A DNA stretch of 64,000 bases from a virus. Within the stretch, counting starts at the first letter, position 1, and every line of letters starts with the position of its first letter. Shown here in pieces: positions 8,589-17,590 of this stretch. The notes beneath the pieces are model-generated. The model ran no database searches. It saw nothing but the letters and a program-made list of their open reading frames with translations, and had not been told where the DNA came from. The position numbers were made by a program, and so were the translations under genes. The stretch covers positions 38,183-102,182 of the IMG/VR virus record IMGVR_UViG_3300009709_000021. One strand, written 5' to 3'.

Positions 8589-8864
8589 ATGATACATGCG
8601 GAACAGGCAGCATTTGTGACGATTGAATCTCGTAAAAACAACCAGAAGAAACTAGACAAAGAACTTGACGAAGTTTTGGCAAGAGCTAATAGTAAAATTA
8701 CACTTGCCGCAAACGATGGACTTACCCGAGTTCAGTTTGAATATGCTGGTAATTCCCTTTCAGTTATCGCAAAACTTCGGTTGCATCTTCAAAAAAAAGG
8801 GTATACGACTCAAGGGACTACGATGGCTGTTTTCTGGATCGATTGGGGTTACCTTGTAAAGTAA
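8589..8864 (+). CDS. small paralog-family protein 5
   Basis: MIHAEQA...ITLAANDG...LQKKGYT...IDW. Confidence 0.8.
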   Translation: MIHAEQAAFVTIESRKNNQKKLDKELDEVLARANSKITLAANDGLTRVQFEYAGNSLSVIAKLRLHLQKKGYTTQGTTMAVFWIDWGYLVK

Positions 8865-8879
8865 CCGAAAGGAAGAACT

Positions 8880-9167
8880 ATGAACGCAAAAGAATCAGCG
8901 CAAATGACGACGGAATCAATCGAACGTAAACCGGATTTCAATTCTGTGTTTTCTACGTACGATCAGATAAAAGTCTATGTTGATTGCGTAATTACAAAAG
9001 CATGCTCTAACGGCAAGTATAGCGCCGATATTGACTTGCGTTGGGATAACCGGTCGCTTGTTGCGAAACTTGCGGAACAGCTTAAGGGCAATGGATACCG
9101 AGTTAGAGTTCCGTCATCCTTCCCGTCGGATCCTGTTATCAAAATAAGTTGGGCTCATCACAAATAG
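8880..9167 (+). CDS. small paralog-family protein 6
   Basis: MNAKESA...ITKACSNG...LKGNGYRV...ISW. Confidence 0.8.
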   Translation: MNAKESAQMTTESIERKPDFNSVFSTYDQIKVYVDCVITKACSNGKYSADIDLRWDNRSLVAKLAEQLKGNGYRVRVPSSFPSDPVIKISWAHHK

Positions 9168-9176
9168 GAGTCAATA

Positions 9177-9452
9177 ATGATTTCAGCAAAGGAAGCTGGG
9201 GAACTGACCTGGAAGAAGGCGTTAGATACGGTCACGAAAGAAGACGTTGAAATGGTCCTGTTCGGTATAGAGGCCCTGATTAAAACGTCGGCGGCTGAGA
9301 AAAAAGCATTCGTTGAGGTCGACATGAGTTCACTTCGTCCTCGGCTTCGTGATTTGGCTATCGACAAAATGATAGTTTTAGGATACAAAGTTCATGGTTG
9401 CGGTCATCACCGCTATATTTTCAACTGGATGTCTAAAACGGGAATTTCTTAA
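9177..9452 (+). CDS. small paralog-family protein 7
   Basis: MISAKEA...IKTSAAE...MIVLGYKV...FNW. Confidence 0.8.
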   Translation: MISAKEAGELTWKKALDTVTKEDVEMVLFGIEALIKTSAAEKKAFVEVDMSSLRPRLRDLAIDKMIVLGYKVHGCGHHRYIFNWMSKTGIS

Positions 9453-9453
9453 T

Positions 9454-9711
9454 ATGAAAGCCAGTGAAGCAAAAGCAATGTCTTGGATCACAATTAACCG
9501 TGATTCTAAGACGGCACTACTAATGTATTGCCTGAAAGAAATTGCAACAATGGCTCTGCAAGGAAATTGGCAGACGACTATCGATCTCGTAAACTTCGTA
9601 GGGGGCGTTGACCCCGACATTGGCACGATAATGAGTCAGTTGAAAAGTCGCGGTTATAGTGTCTTCAAAACAGGTGAGACGCGTCTCTACGTCTCTTGGG
9701 AGGGAGCATGA
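9454..9711 (+). CDS. small paralog-family protein 8
   Basis: MKASEA...IATMALQG...LKSRGYSV...VSW; start moved to ATG 9454. Confidence 0.8.
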   Translation: MKASEAKAMSWITINRDSKTALLMYCLKEIATMALQGNWQTTIDLVNFVGGVDPDIGTIMSQLKSRGYSVFKTGETRLYVSWEGA

Positions 9712-10196
9712 AAAAGCTTTTGATAACCAATACACAACGGCACTACACGGCTGAAGTCGTTAAGGTTAAAGGTCTCAACCTAACTGGTGTCCAGAAAGCC
9801 GGGTTCGAAGCTTGGATCAATGCTCTTCGCACCCATGGATACCAGCAAACGGCACGGAGATCCCGAATTGGCAATCGCTTTGATGTATACGGCGTAGCCC
9901 TGGATATCATGCCGGAATTTGGGGAATGGACTCGGTCTGATAACAACCTGGTTTATTTCCGTACTCCGGAAGGCTTCTTCTATGCCCGCATGTTTCCACC
10001 CGCAGTTCGCAAAGCTCTCGGCATGGGGGATGATGTTTCTGTCATCATTAGACTTGGGCCGAACCGGATTGAAAAGTCTATCGGCACATTAAACGATGAA
10101 GGAGCGTCGTTTGAGCAATTAGCCGACATTCTGGAATGCCATATGGGAGGGGGTTATGAAGCTCAAGTCGAGGAAAAGAATAACTCTGATTCCTGA
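9708..10196 (+). CDS. hypothetical protein, paralog of 10156-10656
   Basis: WINALRT.GYQQ...F...GV...LND.G.SF..LA.ILE..GGY; ATGA overlap with the previous stop. Confidence 0.75.
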   Translation: MKKLLITNTQRHYTAEVVKVKGLNLTGVQKAGFEAWINALRTHGYQQTARRSRIGNRFDVYGVALDIMPEFGEWTRSDNNLVYFRTPEGFFYARMFPPAVRKALGMGDDVSVIIRLGPNRIEKSIGTLNDEGASFEQLADILECHMGGGYEAQVEEKNNSDS

Positions 10197-10656
10197 CTAC
10201 TCCGGATTATCTGACTCTAGTAAGGAACTTTGGCGTGAATGGATTTGGGCCCTTCGAACCGGAGGGTTTTCTCAGGTCTATGGTTTCTTGCAAAGTAGAG
10301 AGGGTTTCTGTGCTTTTGGAGTAGTCACAGAAATTAATAGAGAGCGCCTAGGGGGAAGCTGGAAACTTTCGGAAAGAACTTTTGGGCATACACAGTACTA
10401 CCTCTTTCGACTGGACGGGCAATCCATTTTGGAAGAGGTGTCTGGGGCATTGCCACAATTGTTGGGTGAGCAACTTGGATTCTGTAAAAAAGATCGGCTT
10501 GTAGGATTTTCAGTACGATTAGAAGGAGTTTTCCGGCCGGTCACGCTTAGCAATTTAAACGATACTTTCAGAGTCAATTTCCAGGAAATAGCGATGATTC
10601 TGGAGTTGGCACTTAACGGGGGTTATGATGTCGAAAGTAGAGGTGGTCGGTCTTGA
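10156..10656 (+). CDS. hypothetical protein, paralog of 9708-10196
   Basis: WIWALRTGGFSQ...FCAFGV...LND....F..IA.ILE...GGY. Confidence 0.75.
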   Translation: MKLKSRKRITLIPDYSGLSDSSKELWREWIWALRTGGFSQVYGFLQSREGFCAFGVVTEINRERLGGSWKLSERTFGHTQYYLFRLDGQSILEEVSGALPQLLGEQLGFCKKDRLVGFSVRLEGVFRPVTLSNLNDTFRVNFQEIAMILELALNGGYDVESRGGRS

Positions 10657-10867
10657 ATCAACGAAAGTAAAGCTGACTCGCCGAGTCATAGATTTGATAA
10701 AACAAAAAATGGAAGAAAAGGAATTTGGAGCAACGTATATTGCTTCTATCGAAGAGATTCCTTTTCTTCAAGATATGGCAGAAGATCTTCGAGTCTACGG
10801 GTATAACGTTGCAGTTTTGCGTAATGGTTTAACAATTGGCTGGGTCCGTGTAAACATTAAATGCTAA
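10625..10867 (+). CDS. small protein, possibly a divergent 9th member of the paralog family
   Basis: C-terminal LRVYGYNV...LTIGW matches the family; N-terminus does not. Confidence 0.6.
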   Translation: MMSKVEVVGLESTKVKLTRRVIDLIKQKMEEKEFGATYIASIEEIPFLQDMAEDLRVYGYNVAVLRNGLTIGWVRVNIKC

Positions 10868-11226
10868 AGGAGCAGATGATGGGAATGCCCAATACAACGT
10901 CATATAACATTGCAGTGGGTAAGATGTACGAAACGGGTATTAAAACCCTAGCTTCAGAACTTGGGGATGGGGATCTTGTTATTCATAAGACCCTTGCTCC
11001 TAATAAGGGCGAGAAAGATTTGTACAACGTTTGTTCCGTCCGTAAAACAACTCGGTCGCTTCAACCTGTAGTCTTTCTTTCAGTGGGTCAGCATGACTAT
11101 CCTGCTAACCACCCAGAGTTTCAGATTGAATTGGGAACTCTGGTGGTGCGTCTGTTCTGTCGTGTTCAGCCGGAAGTAGTTCGTGCGGCAATTGAAAAGG
11201 TTAAAGCGGCCGTCGAAATAGAATGA
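10861..11226 (+). CDS. hypothetical protein
   Basis: 121-aa ORF ending before a terminator. Confidence 0.6.
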   Translation: MLKEQMMGMPNTTSYNIAVGKMYETGIKTLASELGDGDLVIHKTLAPNKGEKDLYNVCSVRKTTRSLQPVVFLSVGQHDYPANHPEFQIELGTLVVRLFCRVQPEVVRAAIEKVKAAVEIE

Positions 11227-11253
11227 GAAAAGGGGCCGTTGGCCCCCTTTCTT
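11227..11253. terminator. intrinsic terminator between convergent modules
   Basis: AAAGGGGCC-GTT-GGCCCCCTTT. Confidence 0.65.
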
Positions 11254-11276
11254 TACACTGTCTAATTTCTTTTAGC

Positions 11277-11846
11277 TTAATAATCCAGATTTTCTACGAT
11301 GTAGTCGATCCATTCTGTAGCAGTGAAATTGTATTGGGGAGGAGCGCTACCTGCAGTTGGGTTAGGAACTTCAGGAGTATTGCTATCCTGAGCTTCTGCG
11401 CCTTGATTATTAGGGCTCCCAATAGCACCAGTTGTCAGGTTAGCTAAAGTACTTGTTCCAAGCTTGGAAGCGTTAGGCTGAATAATGAAGAAACCGCGAA
11501 GGAATTCTTTTCTGGATCCCGTAGGCGAAATCAAAATAAGACTATATACGCCCTGGTTCCAGTAAGTTTGATACGTTGCGGAATAAGGAATAGTTACTTG
11601 AATAGTCCCGGCCGCCCCTCCCAATACAATGGAAGGATTTTCTCCATCAGTATTAAATGTTAAAACGATGTATGGATTATTAAGGGCGGTCGCTGTGTCT
11701 CCGTCAGATCCTGTACGAACTTGAATTTCTGCCCTATATCCAGTTAAGTCATTTGGTAAACCGGTAAGTTCATCTTGCGAGATAAACGTTTGAGTCCAAG
11801 TACTTTCTTCGTCTATAACAATGTGGAAGGTGCCGTATCCATCCAT
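11277..11846 (-). CDS. probable virion structural protein (Ig-like adaptor)
   Basis: I.IDEESTW...DLTGYRAEIQVR...G.I.V.I...T...W..GVY.L pattern common in phage virion proteins. Confidence 0.65.
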   Translation of the reverse strand: MDGYGTFHIVIDEESTWTQTFISQDELTGLPNDLTGYRAEIQVRTGSDGDTATALNNPYIVLTFNTDGENPSIVLGGAAGTIQVTIPYSATYQTYWNQGVYSLILISPTGSRKEFLRGFFIIQPNASKLGTSTLANLTTGAIGSPNNQGAEAQDSNTPEVPNPTAGSAPPQYNFTATEWIDYIVENLDY

Positions 11847-12172
11847 TACTTGGAAACTCCTGCATCACTGGCTGGAAATGGAGTTTCAATAGGTGCTGTA
11901 GCGCATACATTAAGTGCTGCTACAAGCTTATCGGAATACGCTTGAAGTGCTTCATTCTCAGCAGCCAACAACTGAGTTTTTTGGAATTGTGTATCAGAGA
12001 CTGAAGCTTGAGTTTGGAAAACAAGTTCTGGCCTATTCGGGGTGACGACTTTGCAGCGGACAGGAATTGGAACGTCCACTGTCTGTGTTCCTGTCACTTT
12101 AATAGGGTCTATCCCACATCCTCCAATAGCTAGAATTAAAGGTAAAAATACAATCAGGAGATAACGGCCCAT
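11846..12172 (-). CDS. o-spanin (Rz1-like lipoprotein)
   Basis: Signal peptide with lipobox-like IGGC, VDVPIPVRC Pro-rich segment, terminal Cys; start moved to ATG 12172. Confidence 0.8.
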   Translation of the reverse strand: MGRYLLIVFLPLILAIGGCGIDPIKVTGTQTVDVPIPVRCKVVTPNRPELVFQTQASVSDTQFQKTQLLAAENEALQAYSDKLVAALNVCATAPIETPFPASDAGVSK

Positions 12173-12173
12173 T

Positions 12174-12563
12174 TTATTTACCTTGGATAAGAGAGTTGAG
12201 TAAAGCATTAGCAGCGTCTGAGTCGGAGACCCCACTCGCTGGTTTCATTGAAAGAATACTTTGAGATTTTTGATCATGTCCTGCAGCAGCAGCGCTAGCA
12301 GCTTCTTGAGCAACAGCTACTTGAGATGCAAGGGTATTTTCTTTGGTTTTAAGAGAAAGTGTTTGATTACTACACAGTTGAGCGGCCGCTGTTTTCTCAT
12401 TGATAGTCATTTGAGCTGCATCAACTTGACCCGTTAAAGTACTAACTTGAGCATGTAGATGACTATTGGAAATCCAGAAATAGCCAGTAATCGTTGCAAA
12501 AGCGACGAGAACCATAGCTACCCAAAATGCCTTAGATTTCAAAAGTTCGAATGCTGCTAACAT
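12174..12563 (-). CDS. i-spanin (Rz-like)
   Basis: N-terminal TM helix and periplasmic coiled coil; lies between holin and lipoprotein. Confidence 0.75.
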   Translation of the reverse strand: MLAAFELLKSKAFWVAMVLVAFATITGYFWISNSHLHAQVSTLTGQVDAAQMTINEKTAAAQLCSNQTLSLKTKENTLASQVAVAQEAASAAAAGHDQKSQSILSMKPASGVSDSDAANALLNSLIQGK

Positions 12564-12571
12564 GATAATCC

Positions 12572-12997
12572 TTAAGAGGTAGTTGTTGTGGTTGTCGGAG
12601 CAGGGGCTGTTACGGCAGGAGCAACGTTATTAACTTGAACATTGACAATTTGTGCTGTTGCAGCATCAGCTTGATCTCCTGCTTGATCCCGACCACGCCA
12701 TTGATTTCCATCTTGGTCGTGCCTGTGGTCTTGGCCATCTAAGCCACCTGCTTCTGAAATTGCAGGCGTAGCATTTGCAGAACCATCGAATTCCAGGAAG
12801 CGTCCAAGAATACCAACGCCAGCTAGGATGACACTTCCAATAGTTACGTAATTAGCGGGGATAGAACTCTTAAGGCCGTCCGGAATAGAATACCATGTTC
12901 CATTAACGGCTGCAGCCAATGCAAAGCATTGCACTGAGAGGTACTTCCATCCTTGCCGCCAATCATCAATTAATTTCAGTTTAAATGTCGCGTTCAT
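12572..12997 (-). CDS. holin
   Basis: KLIDDWRQGWKYLSVQ start and 2 TM segments; next to the endolysin. Confidence 0.75.
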   Translation of the reverse strand: MNATFKLKLIDDWRQGWKYLSVQCFALAAAVNGTWYSIPDGLKSSIPANYVTIGSVILAGVGILGRFLEFDGSANATPAISEAGGLDGQDHRHDQDGNQWRGRDQAGDQADAATAQIVNVQVNNVAPAVTAPAPTTTTTTS

Positions 12998-13003
12998 AAT
13001 AAT

Positions 13004-13687
13004 TTATTTTACACCGAGTGCAGTTTTAGCTTTACCCCAGTACATTTCACGGTCAGCTTCGCCATTAGTTCCACCGTTGATAACTTTGGTACAAGCAACA
13101 AATGCATCAAGTGTACCAGGTTGTGCTTTTTCTGTCAAGCCATGGCTAGACCAATACCATGCAGCAGATAATGCAGCCCATTTTGGCAAAGCTAAATCAG
13201 TTGGGTTATTGACAAAGTCGTGTCCCAAAGCTTTGGTGGCAGCTTCGTAATTAAACAGTCCAGTAATTTGAATAAATCCACGGCCTTTATATTTGACCCC
13301 AGAGCCGGGGGCAGTATTGCCTAAATCTGTTCGGCCTTGATATTCTTCTCCGGAGGCCAGTTCTGTCAACCAGATACCGCCGCCAGATTCATGCATAATC
13401 TGCCCCAGAAACATTGCTAACACAACGTTATTAGTAATGCCAAATTGAGCACAAGCGTCACTTAAGCATTGCGAGTATAATGTTAAATTTGCTGAAGTAA
13501 GTCTATCAGTAATTTGACCGAGTTGTGTTTCATTCAACAAAGTCTTTTCTGAAGTAGAAACTTCCGGTTCAACTACTGATGAGGAAACTGGAGTAGGTTC
13601 CGCAACTTCGGGAGTAGATGTAGTTCCAATTTGGGATTTGTTAAACAGCCCGCCTAAAAATTGGAAAAAAGTTTGTAAGAAATTCAT
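13004..13687 (-). CDS. glycoside hydrolase family 19 endolysin
   Basis: AMFLGQIMHESGG, LGN..PG.G..YKGRGFIQITG..NY, SAAWYW, TKVINGGTNG..DR. Confidence 0.95.
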   Translation of the reverse strand: MNFLQTFFQFLGGLFNKSQIGTTSTPEVAEPTPVSSSVVEPEVSTSEKTLLNETQLGQITDRLTSANLTLYSQCLSDACAQFGITNNVVLAMFLGQIMHESGGGIWLTELASGEEYQGRTDLGNTAPGSGVKYKGRGFIQITGLFNYEAATKALGHDFVNNPTDLALPKWAALSAAWYWSSHGLTEKAQPGTLDAFVACTKVINGGTNGEADREMYWGKAKTALGVK

Positions 13688-13688
13688 A

Positions 13689-16568
13689 TTAGTACTGTGT
13701 ATAGTTATTAGCTTTCGTACATGTTACAGTAACATTACCCGAAGCTAGAGTAATGGTTGTGCCTGTGTTATTTTCAAATCGAAATCCAATTCCATTGGCA
13801 GCAGTTACATACCCAAAAAGTTTAACGCCTTGAAGATTTTGAGAATACCCACATTCTACGGTATCTCCTAAAGCAGCTCCAGTCAGAGTACCCGTTCCAC
13901 CGGCACTGCTACCATTAGTAATAGCACCAGGAGCTGTTGCAAACGATGCGCTAAATGCTGGAGTGAGTACTGAATTAGTACCAAGAATATTCAATGCTCC
14001 AGAAACGTTTCCAGTACAAGTATTACCAGAGATGAATACACCAAATACACTTGAACTGTAATCTGCGTAACCGTAGGTTTGAGTGTGAGTACTTTGAGTA
14101 TCGATAAGGTTATTTCCGGAAACAACACTATAGTTCCCGTTAACAGTACCACTAGTATAGCGGAGGGTTATACCATTGCCGCTCGTTTGACCATTATTGA
14201 TACAAGTATTACCTTGCACAACACTATTTTGTCCGCCAATTGCAATGCCATCTCCTGCGTTAGAAGAGCAGGTATTGCCGATAACTTTAGACCTGGGTGC
14301 CCACATTTCAATACCCAAACAAACTGTGGAATTAACGTCCGTGCCAGTTCCACCGGCACAAGTATTGTTAACAATTTCTAGATCGCTACAGTTACTATTT
14401 TGTTCAATAGTAATACCTGCTCCGAATTTCCAGTTATAGACTTGGTTATCTCGAATAGTTGTGTATTGGCAACTTAAATCCATACCAGTATTGGAATGGT
14501 AATTAGCTTCAATTAAACCATTGCTACATGAGCCTGAAGCAGTAGAAACTAAAATTCCTTGGTTTTGAGTATTAGCAGACGCCGTTCTTAAAAATTGGTT
14601 GTTGCGGAAAATAAAACGATTTCCGCCATTGTGAGAAATTGCAAATGTAAAGTTACCCGTAAATACGCAATTTTCAATTGTATAATTATTATTTAAACTG
14701 AAATTTAACATTCCGTCGGGAAAACTTGTAGCTGCGGACATGTCAAAAGTAATACCATATATTTTGAAATTTGAGATACTAGAACCATTGACCAGTCCCC
14801 CGGTGCTATAAGAAGCAGCCTGAGCTTTTATAGTAACAGTACCATTCTCTGCTGCAATCCAATCGATAGAAGATTTCTTTGTAATTCCAGTCGTATCGAC
14901 AATATAAGTTCCCGCCGGAAAAACAAGGGGGCTAATACCTGCGTTTTCAGCAGCTTGAATAGCTGCCGTATCATCGGTAGTGCCATTTCCAGTAGCACCG
15001 AATTGCTTAACGGAAACACCTGAAATTATTTGAAGGTGCCAACGACCCCCATCTGAAGCTACGATAATGGAGCCGCCGTTATCAGAACTAGTTGTATCTG
15101 ACGCAAAATAAATATAAACTCCGCCTCCACCATCATTTGCGGTAGTATAACCAGTAACAAAAACGTTACCGTTTGCTGTTTTACTAACCGCCCTAAGTGC
15201 AGTGATAGAACTTACGACGGTGAATGTGCCTAAATTTCCTGCTGCCGCAATTGCTGTAGATGCATTTGTACCACCACCTGCAATTGAAAGTAATCCACTC
15301 CCAGATAAAGAAGTGTTAATCATTCTCCAAGTTGTTGTTGCAGCGTAGTAGCGAAACTTCAAAGACGCGCCAATAACAGGTATTGAAGTTGGGGAACCAG
15401 CTTGAACTGAACCTGTGGCGGAATTAATAGTTAATGTGGTAATAAGCTGAGAGAACGAAATTTCAACAGAATGACCATCTGCCAGAGGAGTTGGCAAAGT
15501 TATAGTTAAAGTCGCTAACGTTCCAGCGGGATCAATTGTTTGAAGATTTGTTTCTTGGGCGATAGCAACAGTTGCTCCGGTAGTCGGAGTAGCAACCGCA
15601 GTTCCGGAATTTAAGTAAACTCCTTTCAAATATTCATTTTGAAAATGAAGTGAAGAACTGCCAAGGTTAACCGTTGCATCCGTAGTCGGATTAATGCTAG
15701 TAGATGCGTTTACAGAAGTGAAATTACCTTGGGACGGAGTTTCTATACCAAGACCGCCAGTAAATGAAGCGGAGCCTGTTACTTGTAAAGTATCAACACC
15801 ATTATCAGTCGTTGTCCCAAGTAGTAATGCTCCCCTGTTATTAAATCTACCTACTTCGGAATTGACGATGCTCGCCGTAGGCGTTGTACTAAACGTCAAC
15901 GCTGTGGGCATACTAGTATTTGAAAATGTTCCTTCGGATACAACTTTATAAAGTCCAGTAGATGAAGTTTGGAAAGAAGTTGCACCATAGCCATGTCCGC
16001 TAAAAGACGCAAGCACATCCCCAGATTGAAGTGCCAGTGGAGCAGCCGCAGTACCACGAGCAGATCGGGTCTGGAATGTACCGACTGGTCCTACGCTACT
16101 ACTCCCACTATAAGAGTCCAGAACGGCCCTAACTGGAGAATTTCCTGCTAATTGTAGAATTGTGCCGGAAAAAGGACTAATGATATTTGAGCCTGTTTCA
16201 TTTAATGTCAATAGACCCGTCATGGCGAAACTACCTGCGTAGCCACCAGTAACATCAGAACCTAGCACATAGATACCCGTTGCCCCGTCAGCAAAGATTT
16301 CTCGAGTGTAGCCTTGGGCTACTGTAACTGTAGCAGTCCCATTTGTCATTGCCAAAGTAATCGAGTATGCACCGGTAGTATTATTAAATACTGACCAAAT
16401 TTTTACCTTCTCTGGAAATGTAATTGTAATATTTCCTGTCAATACTCCAGTCAAAATTATTGTCCCAGCATTGGCTTGGCTGGTAGAAAGAATAACAATG
16501 TTAGAACTTCCCGATACATTAACTGTGTTAACTTCGAGGGGAGAAACAATATCTGAAAAATTTGGCAT
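13689..16568 (-). CDS. tail fibre/tailspike with right-handed beta-helix (depolymerase-like)
   Basis: DGGGG motif, VSVKQFGATGNGTTDDTAAIQAA, many parallel beta-helix repeats (GN.C..N). Confidence 0.85.
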   Translation of the reverse strand: MPNFSDIVSPLEVNTVNVSGSSNIVILSTSQANAGTIILTGVLTGNITITFPEKVKIWSVFNNTTGAYSITLAMTNGTATVTVAQGYTREIFADGATGIYVLGSDVTGGYAGSFAMTGLLTLNETGSNIISPFSGTILQLAGNSPVRAVLDSYSGSSSVGPVGTFQTRSARGTAAAPLALQSGDVLASFSGHGYGATSFQTSSTGLYKVVSEGTFSNTSMPTALTFSTTPTASIVNSEVGRFNNRGALLLGTTTDNGVDTLQVTGSASFTGGLGIETPSQGNFTSVNASTSINPTTDATVNLGSSSLHFQNEYLKGVYLNSGTAVATPTTGATVAIAQETNLQTIDPAGTLATLTITLPTPLADGHSVEISFSQLITTLTINSATGSVQAGSPTSIPVIGASLKFRYYAATTTWRMINTSLSGSGLLSIAGGGTNASTAIAAAGNLGTFTVVSSITALRAVSKTANGNVFVTGYTTANDGGGGVYIYFASDTTSSDNGGSIIVASDGGRWHLQIISGVSVKQFGATGNGTTDDTAAIQAAENAGISPLVFPAGTYIVDTTGITKKSSIDWIAAENGTVTIKAQAASYSTGGLVNGSSISNFKIYGITFDMSAATSFPDGMLNFSLNNNYTIENCVFTGNFTFAISHNGGNRFIFRNNQFLRTASANTQNQGILVSTASGSCSNGLIEANYHSNTGMDLSCQYTTIRDNQVYNWKFGAGITIEQNSNCSDLEIVNNTCAGGTGTDVNSTVCLGIEMWAPRSKVIGNTCSSNAGDGIAIGGQNSVVQGNTCINNGQTSGNGITLRYTSGTVNGNYSVVSGNNLIDTQSTHTQTYGYADYSSSVFGVFISGNTCTGNVSGALNILGTNSVLTPAFSASFATAPGAITNGSSAGGTGTLTGAALGDTVECGYSQNLQGVKLFGYVTAANGIGFRFENNTGTTITLASGNVTVTCTKANNYTQY

Positions 16569-16612
16569 TTAATTATAGTTAAGGATACTTCTAGTTTAAG
16601 CTTGGCCGTTTA

Positions 16613-17575
16613 TTACATTACTTCAACAGCATTAAGAATAACATTCCAATCTACAGTATCGGTAGTACTACTCGTAACCGTAACTGCCAGTCCTCCATTG
16701 GTTGTATCTGTACTTACTGCAAGTGACCATCCGGATGCACCAGAAGTTGCGAATGTACTCGTGACCGTCGGACTTCCAACAATAGCTATACTTGCTGCAG
16801 TAGATCCCTTTGTTAATAAAATATCAGATGTCCATTCTTTGGCATCGGTGTTATTTGTCGCATCTCTGGCAACTGCGAATAATCTTACCCGAGTTGCAGC
16901 ATTTGATCTGAGCACAAGTTGATTAGTGGTGGCTCCGGAATTTCCGTCTGAAGTAGCAACTTTTGCGGTTGTACTAGTTGTTATAGCGTAAAGTTGTGTA
17001 ATTGTATTTTGAAATTTTCCAATTGTTGGACTATAAAATCCAATAGCAACTTGGCCATTAATAGAATTAGTAGTACAAAATGCTCCGATAGCAGTTGAAG
17101 ATGTCCCAGACGCAACACTAGAATTCCCAAATACTGCAGAGTACGAAGCGGAAGCGGTATTGCTATATCCGACTGTAAAAGAATAAATACCACTAGCGGT
17201 GTTATGGCCGCCAATTGTTGCGGAGTTAGCACCTGAAGAGGTATTACTATAACCCATGGCGATTGTTGTATTTGCGCTGGCAGTATTATTGTTTCCAGCC
17301 GCAAAAGAATTTGCTCCGCTTGCTACTTGGGTAGCGGCACTACGTTGAGAAGCGCCTTGCAAATCAACTGAATAATTGCCGCGTTTATTGCCACCAGTGG
17401 TTGTTCCGTCAGGAATACAGAGTTGTACTGCTCCAGTACCAGCCGGGACAAGAGAAAGATCTATATTTGTCCCGAGATTAGTAAGAGAAGAAACTAATGC
17501 CTGAACCGGTACAGTAGCGTTTGTACTATAATTATATCCTACGGTAGAATACGTTGCGTTAGGAGTATTGCTCAT
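16613..17575 (-). CDS. fibre/adhesin protein with YadA-head-like repeats
   Basis: ~14-aa repeats ASG.NS.A.G..N.A; paralog of 26223-27143. Confidence 0.75.
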   Translation of the reverse strand: MSNTPNATYSTVGYNYSTNATVPVQALVSSLTNLGTNIDLSLVPAGTGAVQLCIPDGTTTGGNKRGNYSVDLQGASQRSAATQVASGANSFAAGNNNTASANTTIAMGYSNTSSGANSATIGGHNTASGIYSFTVGYSNTASASYSAVFGNSSVASGTSSTAIGAFCTTNSINGQVAIGFYSPTIGKFQNTITQLYAITTSTTAKVATSDGNSGATTNQLVLRSNAATRVRLFAVARDATNNTDAKEWTSDILLTKGSTAASIAIVGSPTVTSTFATSGASGWSLAVSTDTTNGGLAVTVTSSTTDTVDWNVILNAVEVM

Positions 17576-17590
17576 TGTCTATTCTTTCTC

